32,000 bases of DNA from Halomicronema hongdechloris C2206 (GTDB taxonomy: Bacteria; Cyanobacteriota; Cyanobacteriia; Phormidesmidales; Phormidesmidaceae): NCBI RefSeq assembly GCF_002075285.3, contig NZ_CP021983.2, forward strand, positions 2,640,001-2,672,000, read 5' to 3'. A program made the translations under genes and the position numbers. Numbering within the stretch: the first letter of the stretch is position 1; the number at the start of each line of letters is the position of its first letter. Shown piece after piece: positions 16,370 through 26,055 of the stretch. The notes under the pieces are model-generated. The model made no database searches. It saw only the letters and a list, made by a program, of their open reading frames with translations, and was not told where the DNA came from.

Positions 16370-18613
16370 ATGGACGGCAAAACCTACCAGGATTACGTCG
16401 AAGAGATTGACCTGCAGCGCTACTGGCTAGTGCTGAAACGGCGCTGGTTGCCAGCTAGTCTGGTCTTTGCCGCCTGCGTAGTCGCCGCCGCCTTGGTGGG
16501 CCTGAGTCAGAAAGATACTTACCAGGCTAGTGGAAAACTGCTGTTTCAGGTGGATCGCTCCACCTCGCTGACCGGGGTGGGTGATGAAATTGGCGATCTG
16601 GAGGCAGTCAATCCCGTCAACAGTGACCCCCTCTCTACCCAAGCGGCCATCTTGAGTTCCTTACCAGTGCTCCAGGAGGCCGTCAATGCCCTAGACCTCC
16701 AGGATGCCAAGGGCAACTCGATCCCACCCGATGTGCTCAGACGGGGGCTGACCATTGCGCCCTTAGAGGGCACCGATGTCTTGAGGGTCGCCTATCAATC
16801 GCCCAACGGTGAACTATCGGCGGCGGTGGTGAATCAGGTGATGACCTCTTACATCGAGCGCAACATCACCATGAATCGCTCCGAGGCGACGGCCGCCCGG
16901 CAGTTTGTGCAAGAGCAGTTGCCTAAAGCCGAGGCCGAGGTGGAGCAGGCTGCCGAGGCGCTGCGCCAGTTCAAGGATCAAAACCAGATCATTGCCTTGG
17001 AAAGCGAAGCCAATGCCGCCGTCAGCATGATTAATAATTTAGAGACCCAGATTGGTCAGGCCCAAGCGCAATTGGCCAGTGCCATCACCCGCACAGGCGA
17101 ACTGCGGCGGCAGCTGGGCATTCCCCTGGCTCAGGCCCGTCAAGTCGATTCGTTGAGTCAGTCGCCGGGGGTGCAGCGGATCTTAGAAGACTTACAGGCG
17201 GTGCAGACCGAACTGGCCAGCCAGCGCAGCCGCTACACCGCTAGCCACCCTCTGATTGCCAACCTAGAGCGGGAACAGGCCTCCTTACAAACCCTATTGA
17301 ACCGGCGGGTGGGAGAAGTATTGGGCACCCAGGCCAATATTTCCCCTGGCGATCTGCAAATGAGTGAGTTGAGCCGTCAGCTCACCAGCCAGTTGACCGA
17401 GGCCGAGGTGAATCGCCTCAGTTTGGCCAGCCAAGTGCAGGCGTTGCTGGACTCGCGCCAGGCCTATATCGAATGGTCTCAGGCCTTTCCGGCCCTGGAG
17501 AAACGGCAATTGGAGCTAGAACAACGGCTATTGGCGGCCAAGACCAACTATGAAACCCTGCTGGTGCGACTGCAGGAAGCCCAACTGGCGGAAAACCAGA
17601 CCGTAGGCAGCGCCCAGATTCTAGAACCAGCGGCACCGCCTCGCTTTCCGGTGGGGACCAGCACCAAGAAATATATCGCCGCCGGTGGGGCCGTAGGATT
17701 GCTGCTGGGGGTGGCGATGGCCTTCTTCCTAGATTTAATTGATAAGTCCATTAAGACGGTCAAGGATGGCGAAGCCCTGCTGGGCTACACCCTGCTGGGG
17801 TTGATTCCAAAGTTTGGCCTACTTGGCAACGACGGTCCAGATCTGGAGTTACCTGCTGGTGAGGGCATTTCGCCCCGGGTCATCGCCTTCAGCCAGACCC
17901 AGCCCATGGTCACAGCAGCCTATCAGATGCTGCAGGCCAACCTGAAATTCATTAGCTCTGATACCCCTCGCCGGGCACTCACCCTCACCAGTTCTGTGCC
18001 TCAGGAGGGCAAATCAGAAGTGGCCGCCAACCTGGCCGCCACCATCGCCCAGACCGGCAAACAGGTGCTGCTGGTGGATGCCGACATGCGATCGCCCTGG
18101 CAACATCATCTCTGGAATGTCGTCAATCAGATTGGCCTCAGCCACGTGTTGGTAGGCGAAGGGCATTTAAACCAGGCCCTGCGCCCGGTGGCCAATAACC
18201 TCACCCTGCTCAGTGCCGGAGTGACGCCACCAAACCCCCTGGCTCTGATCGACTCGGAACGGATGGCGGCTTTGGTCAGGACCTTGGCCAAGCGCTATGA
18301 CTATGTCCTGTTCGATACGCCGCCGTTGATTGGAGCCGCCGATGCGGCAGTGTTAGGACGGGCCACAGATGGGGTATTGCTGGTGCTGCGGCCACGGCTA
18401 GTGGATTCCGCCAGCGCCCAAGCGGCCAAGTCCCTGCTGCAGCGCTCGGGGGCCGAGATCTTAGGGATGGTGGCCAATGGCGTTGATATTCGCCATGAGC
18501 ACGATGACTATGTCTCCCACGTCAAGGCGGGAGCCTATCCCTACGGTCAGCGGCGGGACGCATCTACGAGTAACCTATCGCCGATATCTACTGAGCTCTC
18601 TGACAAGACCTAA
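16370..18613 (+). CDS. wzc: polysaccharide co-polymerase / BY-kinase (Wzc-like: Wzz domain, coiled coil, C-terminal P-loop kinase)
   Basis: 747 aa. N-terminal TM plus the Wzz region, a long coiled-coil segment, and a PPRFPVGTSTKKY proline motif before TM2. Walker A SVPQEGKSEVAANLA, A-prime VLLVDADMR, Walker B YVLFDTPP. The C-terminal tail has three Tyr (DDYVSHVKAGAYPYG). Confidence 0.9.
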   Translation: MDGKTYQDYVEEIDLQRYWLVLKRRWLPASLVFAACVVAAALVGLSQKDTYQASGKLLFQVDRSTSLTGVGDEIGDLEAVNPVNSDPLSTQAAILSSLPVLQEAVNALDLQDAKGNSIPPDVLRRGLTIAPLEGTDVLRVAYQSPNGELSAAVVNQVMTSYIERNITMNRSEATAARQFVQEQLPKAEAEVEQAAEALRQFKDQNQIIALESEANAAVSMINNLETQIGQAQAQLASAITRTGELRRQLGIPLAQARQVDSLSQSPGVQRILEDLQAVQTELASQRSRYTASHPLIANLEREQASLQTLLNRRVGEVLGTQANISPGDLQMSELSRQLTSQLTEAEVNRLSLASQVQALLDSRQAYIEWSQAFPALEKRQLELEQRLLAAKTNYETLLVRLQEAQLAENQTVGSAQILEPAAPPRFPVGTSTKKYIAAGGAVGLLLGVAMAFFLDLIDKSIKTVKDGEALLGYTLLGLIPKFGLLGNDGPDLELPAGEGISPRVIAFSQTQPMVTAAYQMLQANLKFISSDTPRRALTLTSSVPQEGKSEVAANLAATIAQTGKQVLLVDADMRSPWQHHLWNVVNQIGLSHVLVGEGHLNQALRPVANNLTLLSAGVTPPNPLALIDSERMAALVRTLAKRYDYVLFDTPPLIGAADAAVLGRATDGVLLVLRPRLVDSASAQAAKSLLQRSGAEILGMVANGVDIRHEHDDYVSHVKAGAYPYGQRRDASTSNLSPISTELSDKT

Positions 18614-18616
18614 GCC

Positions 18617-19669
18617 ATGATCACGCGTTGGATTCCCCTGATGGCCGCGTCGGTAGGACTGTGGCTAACCTTTCCGATGGCCCCAACCCGGGCAGTGACC
18701 GAGGCGGTGGGTGCTCTCCCAGCCACGGCCCGAGCCGACTATGTCTTAGGTCCGGGAGACCAGGTGGCCATTTCCATCATTGGCTACGAGGAATTTACCG
18801 GCTCTCGGGTGATCTTGCCCGATGGCACCATCTCCATGCCATTAATCGGCTCGGTGGCGGCGGCAGGCCGCACTACGGAGGCATTGGCAGCGGAACTCAC
18901 GGCCCGGTTGGGGGTGTATTTGGTCAACCCGGTGGTGGATGTCAGCCTGACGGTGTTGCGGCCGGTGGTGGTCACAGTGGCAGGGGAGGTCTATCGCCCC
19001 GGCCCGGTGCAGTTAAGCAGCCTCACCCAGGCCGATACGCGGCTAGATACCAATTCTCGCATTACCTCGTCGACCAATACCCCGACCCTGGCCTCGGCCC
19101 TGACGGCGGCGGGAGGCGTGCAACGCACGGCAGATGTGCGCCAGGTGCGGGTGCAACGCACGTTGCCTACGGGGCAGGTGACTAGCTATACGGTCAATCT
19201 CTGGGAGGCGATCGTATCGGGTACTCAGGCGGACAATCTGGTGTTGCGGGATGGGGATGCCGTCTATGTGCCAGCAGCCGAACCAGGAGATGTGGACCCG
19301 CGGTTGGTGGCCAGTTCTAGTGTGGCCCCGTCAACGGTGCGGGTGCGAGTGATTGGGGAGGTGAACCGGCCGGGCCAGGTGGAGGTGCCACCCAATAGTT
19401 CGGTGTCGGGGGCGGTGGCGGTGGCCGGTGGCCCCACCGATGATGCCCGCCTCAAGGAGGTGGTGCTGGTGCGGTTGAATGACCAGGGCCAGGTGGAGGA
19501 AACGGTGTTGGACCTGCGCAATATGGTGGATGCGGAGCAGGTGCAGGACGGGGACGTGGTGCTGGTGGCGAAGCACGGGTATCTAAATGTGCTGGATGGC
19601 ATTGGTCGGGTGATTCAGGGGGTATTTCCGCCCCTGAGGCTGCTGGATGTGTTGGGGACGTTTGATTAA
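18617..19669 (+). CDS. wza: polysaccharide export outer-membrane protein (Wza-like; Poly_export plus SLBB domains)
   Basis: Signal peptide MITRWIPLMAASVGLWLTFPMAP. YVLGPGDQVAISIIGYEEFTGSRVILPDGTISMPLIGSVAAAGRTTEALAAELTARL is the PES motif. Repeated GDVV/GDAVYVP SLBB-like segments. It starts 3 nt after the wzc stop. Confidence 0.85.
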   Translation: MITRWIPLMAASVGLWLTFPMAPTRAVTEAVGALPATARADYVLGPGDQVAISIIGYEEFTGSRVILPDGTISMPLIGSVAAAGRTTEALAAELTARLGVYLVNPVVDVSLTVLRPVVVTVAGEVYRPGPVQLSSLTQADTRLDTNSRITSSTNTPTLASALTAAGGVQRTADVRQVRVQRTLPTGQVTSYTVNLWEAIVSGTQADNLVLRDGDAVYVPAAEPGDVDPRLVASSSVAPSTVRVRVIGEVNRPGQVEVPPNSSVSGAVAVAGGPTDDARLKEVVLVRLNDQGQVEETVLDLRNMVDAEQVQDGDVVLVAKHGYLNVLDGIGRVIQGVFPPLRLLDVLGTFD

Positions 19670-19703
19670 TGCTGATTCAAGTGCAGTCTATTGAGGGCTA
19701 TCC

Positions 19704-20618
19704 ATGTCTAAATCTCCTGATTTCATCATTATTGGCGCCATGAAATGCGCGACGACAACGCTTCATGAGCAACTTGTGGCTCAGCCCGGCATTTTTATGA
19801 CCGAACCCAAGGAGCCATATTTCTTTAGCAATGATGAGATTTATAGCAAGGGCTGGCAATGGTACCAATCTCTGTATGCAGGGGCACAGCCAGAGGATAT
19901 TTGTGGGGAATCGAGCACCCACTATACGAAATTGCCAACCTATCCGAAAACCGTTAAACGCCTGATCCGACATGTGCCCAATGCTAGGTTCATCTATGTC
20001 ATGAGAGATCCGGTTGATCGACTGGTATCTCAGTATATTCATGAGTGGACTCAGCGACGAATATCTAGTGATATTAACCAGGCAATTTACGAATTTCCAC
20101 CGCTGATTGAATACAGTCGCTATAGCATGCAATTAGCACCTTACTTTAGGGCATTCGGGCCAGAGAGGGTGCTACCGGTATTTCTGGAGAAACTCAAGTC
20201 GAATCCCCAGGCGGAATTAGAAAGGGTATGCCGGTTCATTGGCTACGGGCAACATCCCGTCTGGAACAGCGACTTGGATCAACGGCATGTCTCGTCTGAT
20301 CGAACCCGTAAGAGTGCCTGGCGGGATGCCCTCGTGGAAGCCCCTGGCTTACGTCAGATCCGAAGAGCAGTTGTACCCAAGCCTGTGCGCAATTGGGTCA
20401 GAAGCTGGTGGCAAATGAAGCAGAGGCCTGAGTTAAGTGAAAAAGCCTTAGTTTATATCAAAACAGTGCTGGATAAGGACCTAGACATTTTAGGGTCTTG
20501 GCTAGGGCTAGATTTGAATTGCGATAACTTCAAGCCAACGGTGCTGAACAGTCCAGAGCATTGGATTAATATACAGCACTTGGCTGAGCAGTTCTCGAGC
20601 AAAGAAATGGTCAGCTAG
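19704..20618 (+). CDS. sulfotransferase family protein (carbohydrate-type)
   Basis: SPDFIIIGAMKCATTTLHEQL, EPKEPYFF, FIYVMRDPVDRLVSQY. These match the motifs at 5775 and 24397. GC is noticeably lower than in wza, immediately upstream. Confidence 0.85.
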   Translation: MSKSPDFIIIGAMKCATTTLHEQLVAQPGIFMTEPKEPYFFSNDEIYSKGWQWYQSLYAGAQPEDICGESSTHYTKLPTYPKTVKRLIRHVPNARFIYVMRDPVDRLVSQYIHEWTQRRISSDINQAIYEFPPLIEYSRYSMQLAPYFRAFGPERVLPVFLEKLKSNPQAELERVCRFIGYGQHPVWNSDLDQRHVSSDRTRKSAWRDALVEAPGLRQIRRAVVPKPVRNWVRSWWQMKQRPELSEKALVYIKTVLDKDLDILGSWLGLDLNCDNFKPTVLNSPEHWINIQHLAEQFSSKEMVS

Positions 20619-21863
20619 TTGGCCGATGGCAGCCCTAAATGGCCTACCGAATTTTGGTGGAATGTTGTGATCTATTTACAGGTATTGGATGCCTTGCTCA
20701 TCGGAATATTCCTGGTTCTCAGTATTCCGGTGCTGATGCTAGCAATTGAGGTGATAGCGGCTACATGCGTGCCTCAGTCATTATCTACTAGCCAAGCTCC
20801 TAATCATGCTTTATCGGTAGCCGTCTTGATTCCGGCCCATGATGAGGAAGCCTGTATCGAGACGACTATTCAGACAGTTCAACCCCAACTCGGTCAGAAA
20901 GATCAACTGGTGGTGGTTGCCGATAACTGTACGGATAAGACGGCTCAAATGGCTAGGGATTTGGGAACCGTTGTCATTGAGCGAGTAGATACGCTGAAAC
21001 GCGGCAAAGGCTATGCCTTCGAGTTTGGCATAGGATATTTATTGGATAATCCGCCTGATGTGGTTATTTGCATTGATGCGGATTGTCATATGAGTCCAGG
21101 CAGCATCGCAGGCCTAGTGGCTCAAGCCCATGGGACTCAAAGGCCGGCTCAGGCAATCTATCTGATGGAAACACCGTCGGCCCCCAACTTGAAAAGCGCG
21201 GTTTCGGCCTTTGCATTTAAGGTTAAAAACCTGGTCAGACCCTTGGGATTGTATGGCTTAGGGCAGCCATGTCTGTTGACTGGTACAGGCATGGCGTTTC
21301 CCTGGAAGGCTATCCGTAGCATTGATCTGGCCACCAACTCCATTGTGGAGGATATGAAGATTGGGATCGACCTTGCGATCGCACATCACCCACCCCTGCT
21401 GTGCCCCCAGGCTAAGGTGCTGGGACGCTTACCGAGCCAGCAGGAAGTAGCCAGCCAGCAACGAACCCGCTGGGAACACGGTCATTTACAGGTAATTGCC
21501 AGTTATCTTCCCGTATTGCTGAAAGCAGCCTTCACCCAGGGGCGGTTTGATCTACTCATACTTGCTGTGGAACTAGCCATACCTCCCTTGACGCTGTTGG
21601 CCCTCATGCTAGTAGCCCCATGGGGACTGGCCATGGGGCTAGCCTGGGTGCACCACACGATCTGGGCACTGGCCGTCGGCTCAGCTAACATCCTCGTTTT
21701 CACGGTTGCATTAACCGTTGCCTGGTTGAGATATGGACAGGAGGATCTAAACCTCTGGGACATGGTGAAACTACCGGTTTATTTGTTGTGGAAGCTCCCC
21801 ATTTATTTGCGGTTTCTGACCAGTCCAGAGCGCGAATGGAAACGCACCAGCAGAGGGAATTAA
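20619..21863 (+). CDS. membrane-embedded processive GT2 (cellulose-synthase-like, D,D,D,QxxRW class)
   Basis: N-terminal TM segment. VAVLIPAHDEE, VVVADNCTDKT, ICIDADC (DxD), SIVEDMKIG (ED), QQRTRWEHG (QxxRW), then several C-terminal TM helices. The start is uncertain: a TTG directly abuts the upstream stop. Confidence 0.8.
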   Translation: MADGSPKWPTEFWWNVVIYLQVLDALLIGIFLVLSIPVLMLAIEVIAATCVPQSLSTSQAPNHALSVAVLIPAHDEEACIETTIQTVQPQLGQKDQLVVVADNCTDKTAQMARDLGTVVIERVDTLKRGKGYAFEFGIGYLLDNPPDVVICIDADCHMSPGSIAGLVAQAHGTQRPAQAIYLMETPSAPNLKSAVSAFAFKVKNLVRPLGLYGLGQPCLLTGTGMAFPWKAIRSIDLATNSIVEDMKIGIDLAIAHHPPLLCPQAKVLGRLPSQQEVASQQRTRWEHGHLQVIASYLPVLLKAAFTQGRFDLLILAVELAIPPLTLLALMLVAPWGLAMGLAWVHHTIWALAVGSANILVFTVALTVAWLRYGQEDLNLWDMVKLPVYLLWKLPIYLRFLTSPEREWKRTSRGN

Positions 21864-23134
21864 TAGTTTGGCTTACTCAGCGTCAGTGATCGAGGGAGGC
21901 TATGCTTTGATAACTGTTTCTCTGGTGAGCGGCGCTGATATAAATTCGTGGAGATAACGGTAGCGCAATACAATACCCAGAAGATATTTAGCAGAAACGT
22001 CAGCAGACTCTCAGTCATGTTATAGAGCAACAATAGACTTAATAATCCCAGAGGCCAGAAATCCTCTGGCTTACTGCCCTTGTAGGCAGTTTTTAAGGCA
22101 TGCCAGTAGGTCTTAACCAGAGAAACCAGAAATAGAGATAACCCGACGAAACCCACGAATAGGGTCATGTCTAGAAAGCCATTATGGGAGTGAGGTGGCA
22201 AGTAGCCCCGCCCTAGTCTGAGACCAATTTCGACTCGTTCAGTAGCGTCTGGTGCCCAAAACCCCATCTGCCCATAGCCTAAAATAGGTTGCTCCATAAT
22301 CTTTTGGATGACGCCCCCCCAAATTAAGGTCCTACCCGATAAGGTTGGATCCCTGCCGAGACTAGTAATTAACGGTGCCCAGTTACTCGCAATGACAGTA
22401 ACTATAGAGCCCAAAGTAAGCACTGTCAGATCTAAGAGCAGTAGCGTTGGTTTGCCTTTCCAAATAAACTTTTTATAGAGGGATAAAGAGACGAGCGCAA
22501 CTATAAAAATAATTAACCCCGACTTAGAGGTCGATAGAATAATCATGGCAATAGACAGCAGTAGCCCGGCTCTAGCCAATAAACTCTCCTGGGGATTCTT
22601 ATTCTTGCTGAGCAAACAGAAAAAGGCCACTAGCGTCAGGGTCATATAGGCTGAGAAGGTATTCTTGTGGCCATAGATTCCCTTCCAAGATCCGGCATGA
22701 ACTCCCCCTAGCTTGATCCCGACTCCAGGCATGGCGATCACCGCAAATAGACTTAAAAGGGCACCGATTCCTAATACCACAACGATTAATCGCAACTGCT
22801 GCTTAATCGTGAATCGCGACCCGAAATAGATGCCAAAGGCTGACATGGGGATAAACTCACCCCTGAGATTGTCGAATGTTTGCGCTGGATAAGCAGCCCA
22901 AGCTAACGACGCAATCACCAAAAATATTAATAGAGCGAGTACCCTACTGCGTTTCAGGGCACAAAGAGTAAGATGCAGGCGTTTAGCCAGTAGCCCTAAG
23001 GTGATCATTAAGATCGAATACCTCAGCAGCGTCATGCCTATAGACGGCAAAAAAACTGACAGCCCGTTGGTGAAGAAGAGGAGACTGAATATAGAGAAGG
23101 CTCGTTCAAAGGAAGGGGAGATGCGCATAGACAC
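21860..23134 (-). CDS. wzy: O-antigen ligase/polymerase family membrane protein (Wzy-like)
   Basis: 424 aa and highly hydrophobic, with about 10-12 predicted TM segments. A periplasmic-loop region ...GRGYLPPHSHNGFLDMTLFVGFVGL is typical of the Wzy_C/O-antigen ligase domain. The stop overlaps the stop of the convergent GT2 (TTAA at 21860-21863). Confidence 0.75.
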   Translation of the reverse strand: MSMRISPSFERAFSIFSLLFFTNGLSVFLPSIGMTLLRYSILMITLGLLAKRLHLTLCALKRSRVLALLIFLVIASLAWAAYPAQTFDNLRGEFIPMSAFGIYFGSRFTIKQQLRLIVVVLGIGALLSLFAVIAMPGVGIKLGGVHAGSWKGIYGHKNTFSAYMTLTLVAFFCLLSKNKNPQESLLARAGLLLSIAMIILSTSKSGLIIFIVALVSLSLYKKFIWKGKPTLLLLDLTVLTLGSIVTVIASNWAPLITSLGRDPTLSGRTLIWGGVIQKIMEQPILGYGQMGFWAPDATERVEIGLRLGRGYLPPHSHNGFLDMTLFVGFVGLSLFLVSLVKTYWHALKTAYKGSKPEDFWPLGLLSLLLLYNMTESLLTFLLNIFWVLYCATVISTNLYQRRSPEKQLSKHSLPRSLTLSKPNY

Positions 23135-23138
23135 TGGT

Positions 23139-24320
23139 TTAGTGGTCTTGGTTTACTGTAAGGCTGTGAGCCCGTAGCCATGCCTGGTTCACCTCTGAGG
23201 GGGTGAGCCACCGCTCAATAAACTCGGCCCACTTGACGGGAATTTGCAGCCGTTTCCAGACATCATAAGAGTTCAAGGAAAGCTTTTGATAGAGCTCATG
23301 GTAAGACAGCAATTTATGAATGCAGTTGGCTAAAGCCTTGCTGTCTTTTTGAGGAAAGATCATCGCGGTCTCCCCATGCTCTAAATACCCCCTAAACATG
23401 GGATGGTCCGAGGCGACAATGGGAGTTCTGGCACAGAGGGCCTCATAGAGGGTCAGCGGAAATCCCTCTGGATAACAATGACGGCTGGGCACCGCCACTA
23501 CATCTGACTCACGCATCAGCGGCACGATCGAGCTGTGGGGGATGCGCCCTAGGAAGGTGACCTGATCCTGTAGTTGCTGTTGGGCGACCCGTTGGGTAAA
23601 CGCCTCTAGGTTACCGTCCCCGGCGATTTTCAGGTGTACAGGGACATGTTGCTGCTTTAGCAGCGCCACTGCCTCGATCAAATCCCCAACTCCCTTAGCC
23701 TGGGAAACCGTACCCACATAGAGCAGTTGACCATCTCTACCCTGAGGCCCCTGCTTAGCTGGGAAGTCTTTTGGGGAAAGAGTATGAGGCCAATCCCAGG
23801 GGACAATTTTCTCGGGCTTCACCCCGATGGCTTGCAGGGAGCGGCAGGCATTACGGCCATGGTTGCCCACCCAGGCAATTTGGGAGTGATTTAATGCCCG
23901 AGCTAGGCGACGATGGCGCAGCCAGGGTTGGACCCCACGCCCCAAAAACGAGTCTGCTAGCAGGGTAATGGTCTCTATCCGGTGGCGAATGGCCCACTCT
24001 AGCACCTGGGGCATCGGAGATCTGACCACCAAGTGGGTGGGTCTAAAGGCTTCGATGATCTGCAGGAGCTTAGGCATATTGTCCTCGGGAATAAACCCGG
24101 TGCCGATGACCCGAAACCCAATATCTAGGATTTCGTCATAGGCTTCTGCAGATCGGCAGCAGAGGACGGCGGCTTCTTCGAGAGACTCGGCCATCTGGGC
24201 GATGGATTGAATTGCATAGCGATGGCCATGATAGATTTCACCATCCCCGGCAACCATGCGACAGTAGGCCTCTCGATAATCGCCTCCGTACAGCACAATC
24301 ATTAAGCGCCTAGGTTCCAT
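23139..24320 (-). CDS. glycosyltransferase family 4 (GT-B, group 1)
   Basis: LLYVGTVSQAKGVGDLIEAV...LKIAGDGN...VAVPSRHCYPEGFPLTLYEALCARTPIVASD carries the EX7E-type motif. ATG at 24320. It ends 4 nt upstream of the wzy start, so probably in one operon with it. Confidence 0.85.
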   Translation of the reverse strand: MEPRRLMIVLYGGDYREAYCRMVAGDGEIYHGHRYAIQSIAQMAESLEEAAVLCCRSAEAYDEILDIGFRVIGTGFIPEDNMPKLLQIIEAFRPTHLVVRSPMPQVLEWAIRHRIETITLLADSFLGRGVQPWLRHRRLARALNHSQIAWVGNHGRNACRSLQAIGVKPEKIVPWDWPHTLSPKDFPAKQGPQGRDGQLLYVGTVSQAKGVGDLIEAVALLKQQHVPVHLKIAGDGNLEAFTQRVAQQQLQDQVTFLGRIPHSSIVPLMRESDVVAVPSRHCYPEGFPLTLYEALCARTPIVASDHPMFRGYLEHGETAMIFPQKDSKALANCIHKLLSYHELYQKLSLNSYDVWKRLQIPVKWAEFIERWLTPSEVNQAWLRAHSLTVNQDH

Positions 24321-24396
24321 AATCAATGACTAGTAATCACGACAAACACGTGGGTGAGATGACTCAGCTGCTTAGAATTCCCTGAGGAACTAGCGC

Positions 24397-25266
24397 TTAA
24401 AGGTGCTGGATTGGGGAATAGGCAGGCTGAGAGAACGATGACCAGTAATCTAGAGGCTTACCGCAATAGTTCAAGAGAGCCTGGGTATCGTCAGCCAATT
24501 GCTCTAAGACCCATTGCTGGGTTTCTGGTTGCCATTGGGGACGTTCACTGACTGGCTTAAAGAACAGGCGTTTCTTCAATGGATCACGCAAATCCCTGGG
24601 CAAGACCTGCACACTGGCGCGATATAACGGATTAGCCCGCAGCTTGGATAAAACCGGAGACGGCATGGTCTTGGTGGCAGAGGGGTTCATCTGCAGTGTG
24701 GTGTCAATGGATATCTCCGGATCGACTCCGAGAAATTCAAAACAGGTGCGCAATACCCTATGCGGATTTGTCTTAAAGTCTTCAAAGAAGATGATTAGAA
24801 TTTGCTCATTGGAAAAGTAAGGGCGATAGGCATTGATTTGCTGCCAGTAGTTAGAGGCATCGATTAGCCAATCGCGATTCAGTTTAATAGCCGTATTAAA
24901 GTCATGGTGCACGACCTCGCCGCCATGGGAGCGAATTTCTAGCCAGTAAGATTCGATGCGGGTGAATGGATCTCGGACACAGTAGATTAGCTTTAAGTCA
25001 GTGGAATAGGCCCGAATGCGTTCAACTGCCTGGGGATAAATCTCCTGCATCGTGTAAATATTGCTGTTTTCTCCCTTGATCTGACCCAGCTGGGCCGCTG
25101 TAAACAGAGAACGGTACCAATCTATGCCCTTCGCATAAAGATCATCTCGGGCAAAGAAACTCACTTCATGGGGAGGAGTGAAAATATCAGGATGTTGATT
25201 TAAGAGAGCCGTAATTGTGGTGGTGGCGCACTTGGAGGCACCGATAAATAGAAAGTCAGGTGTCAT
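24397..25266 (-). CDS. sulfotransferase family protein (carbohydrate-type)
   Basis: MTPDFLFIGASKCATTTITALL, PPHEVSFF, LIYCVRDPFTRIESYW. ATG at 25266 preferred by analogy with MSKSPDFIIIG at 19704. Alternative starts are 25284 (ATG) and 25314 (TTG). Confidence 0.85.
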   Translation of the reverse strand: MTPDFLFIGASKCATTTITALLNQHPDIFTPPHEVSFFARDDLYAKGIDWYRSLFTAAQLGQIKGENSNIYTMQEIYPQAVERIRAYSTDLKLIYCVRDPFTRIESYWLEIRSHGGEVVHHDFNTAIKLNRDWLIDASNYWQQINAYRPYFSNEQILIIFFEDFKTNPHRVLRTCFEFLGVDPEISIDTTLQMNPSATKTMPSPVLSKLRANPLYRASVQVLPRDLRDPLKKRLFFKPVSERPQWQPETQQWVLEQLADDTQALLNYCGKPLDYWSSFSQPAYSPIQHL

Positions 25267-26055
25267 AGTAGTCAGAACGCCCATAGACTGGTTGTAGCTA
25301 CGAATAGCTCCCAAGGAAATTGGAGATGAGGCAGATGATGGAGTAATGGGATAAATAGTCTATTGGTATTATTCATCTTGATATAAATGCATCAGGATGG
25401 ATGGTCAGCTAACTTGCCAAAATAATTTTGACGATCTTTATTCCATTGCGGGCGGCACTTTATAGCAGCTTTATATCTAGACAGACAGTGTTAAAGACAC
25501 GGATATTTGAGCCTAAGTTCCGAGAGGGACCAGCGATAATCCTGTAATATACGGGCTGCTGATGGCTGCGCTGCAGATGTGCTAGAGAAAACGTCTAGTC
25601 AGTATTCTTATGAATATGGGAGAGGAGTGTCGGAACCTTAACCTGAATGACCGCGTCGGAGCGATATGAAATCCCACTAGGCAGGGGTGTGACCATCTTG
25701 AAGTTGTATACCAGCACACTTTTGACTGAATTTCGTTGAGGGCTTAGAGCCTCATAGATAAGCAGCAAGAGCGATTTTACCCTGACAGTTGTAAATTCTC
25801 CTGATCGATGCTGAAAACACTGAATGAACGGAAAGAACTATCCTTAAATTCTTAGGATGACCGTCGATGGATCTCATCGCCAGCATCAAACTCACTACAT
25901 TTATCCCAGCATTGAGATTGCCATTGCGGCACTTAGCCAGTAGGACTACGACTGTTTCTGATCATGCCCTTGCGAAACCATAAGAGACTGATGACGTCTT
26001 GGGGGTAAAGCAGCGGTTGCAGTCGGGTCCGCGTCTACCTTGCTCATCATTCGGG

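Noticed and set aside
18628-19185. 185-aa Gly/Arg-rich ORF in an alternative frame of wza, and the many other nested ORFs listed inside wzc, obg, cobL, crtL and other genes
   Set aside because: These are frame-shadow ORFs typical of about 60% GC DNA. Each lies within a gene that has strong family motifs in another frame.
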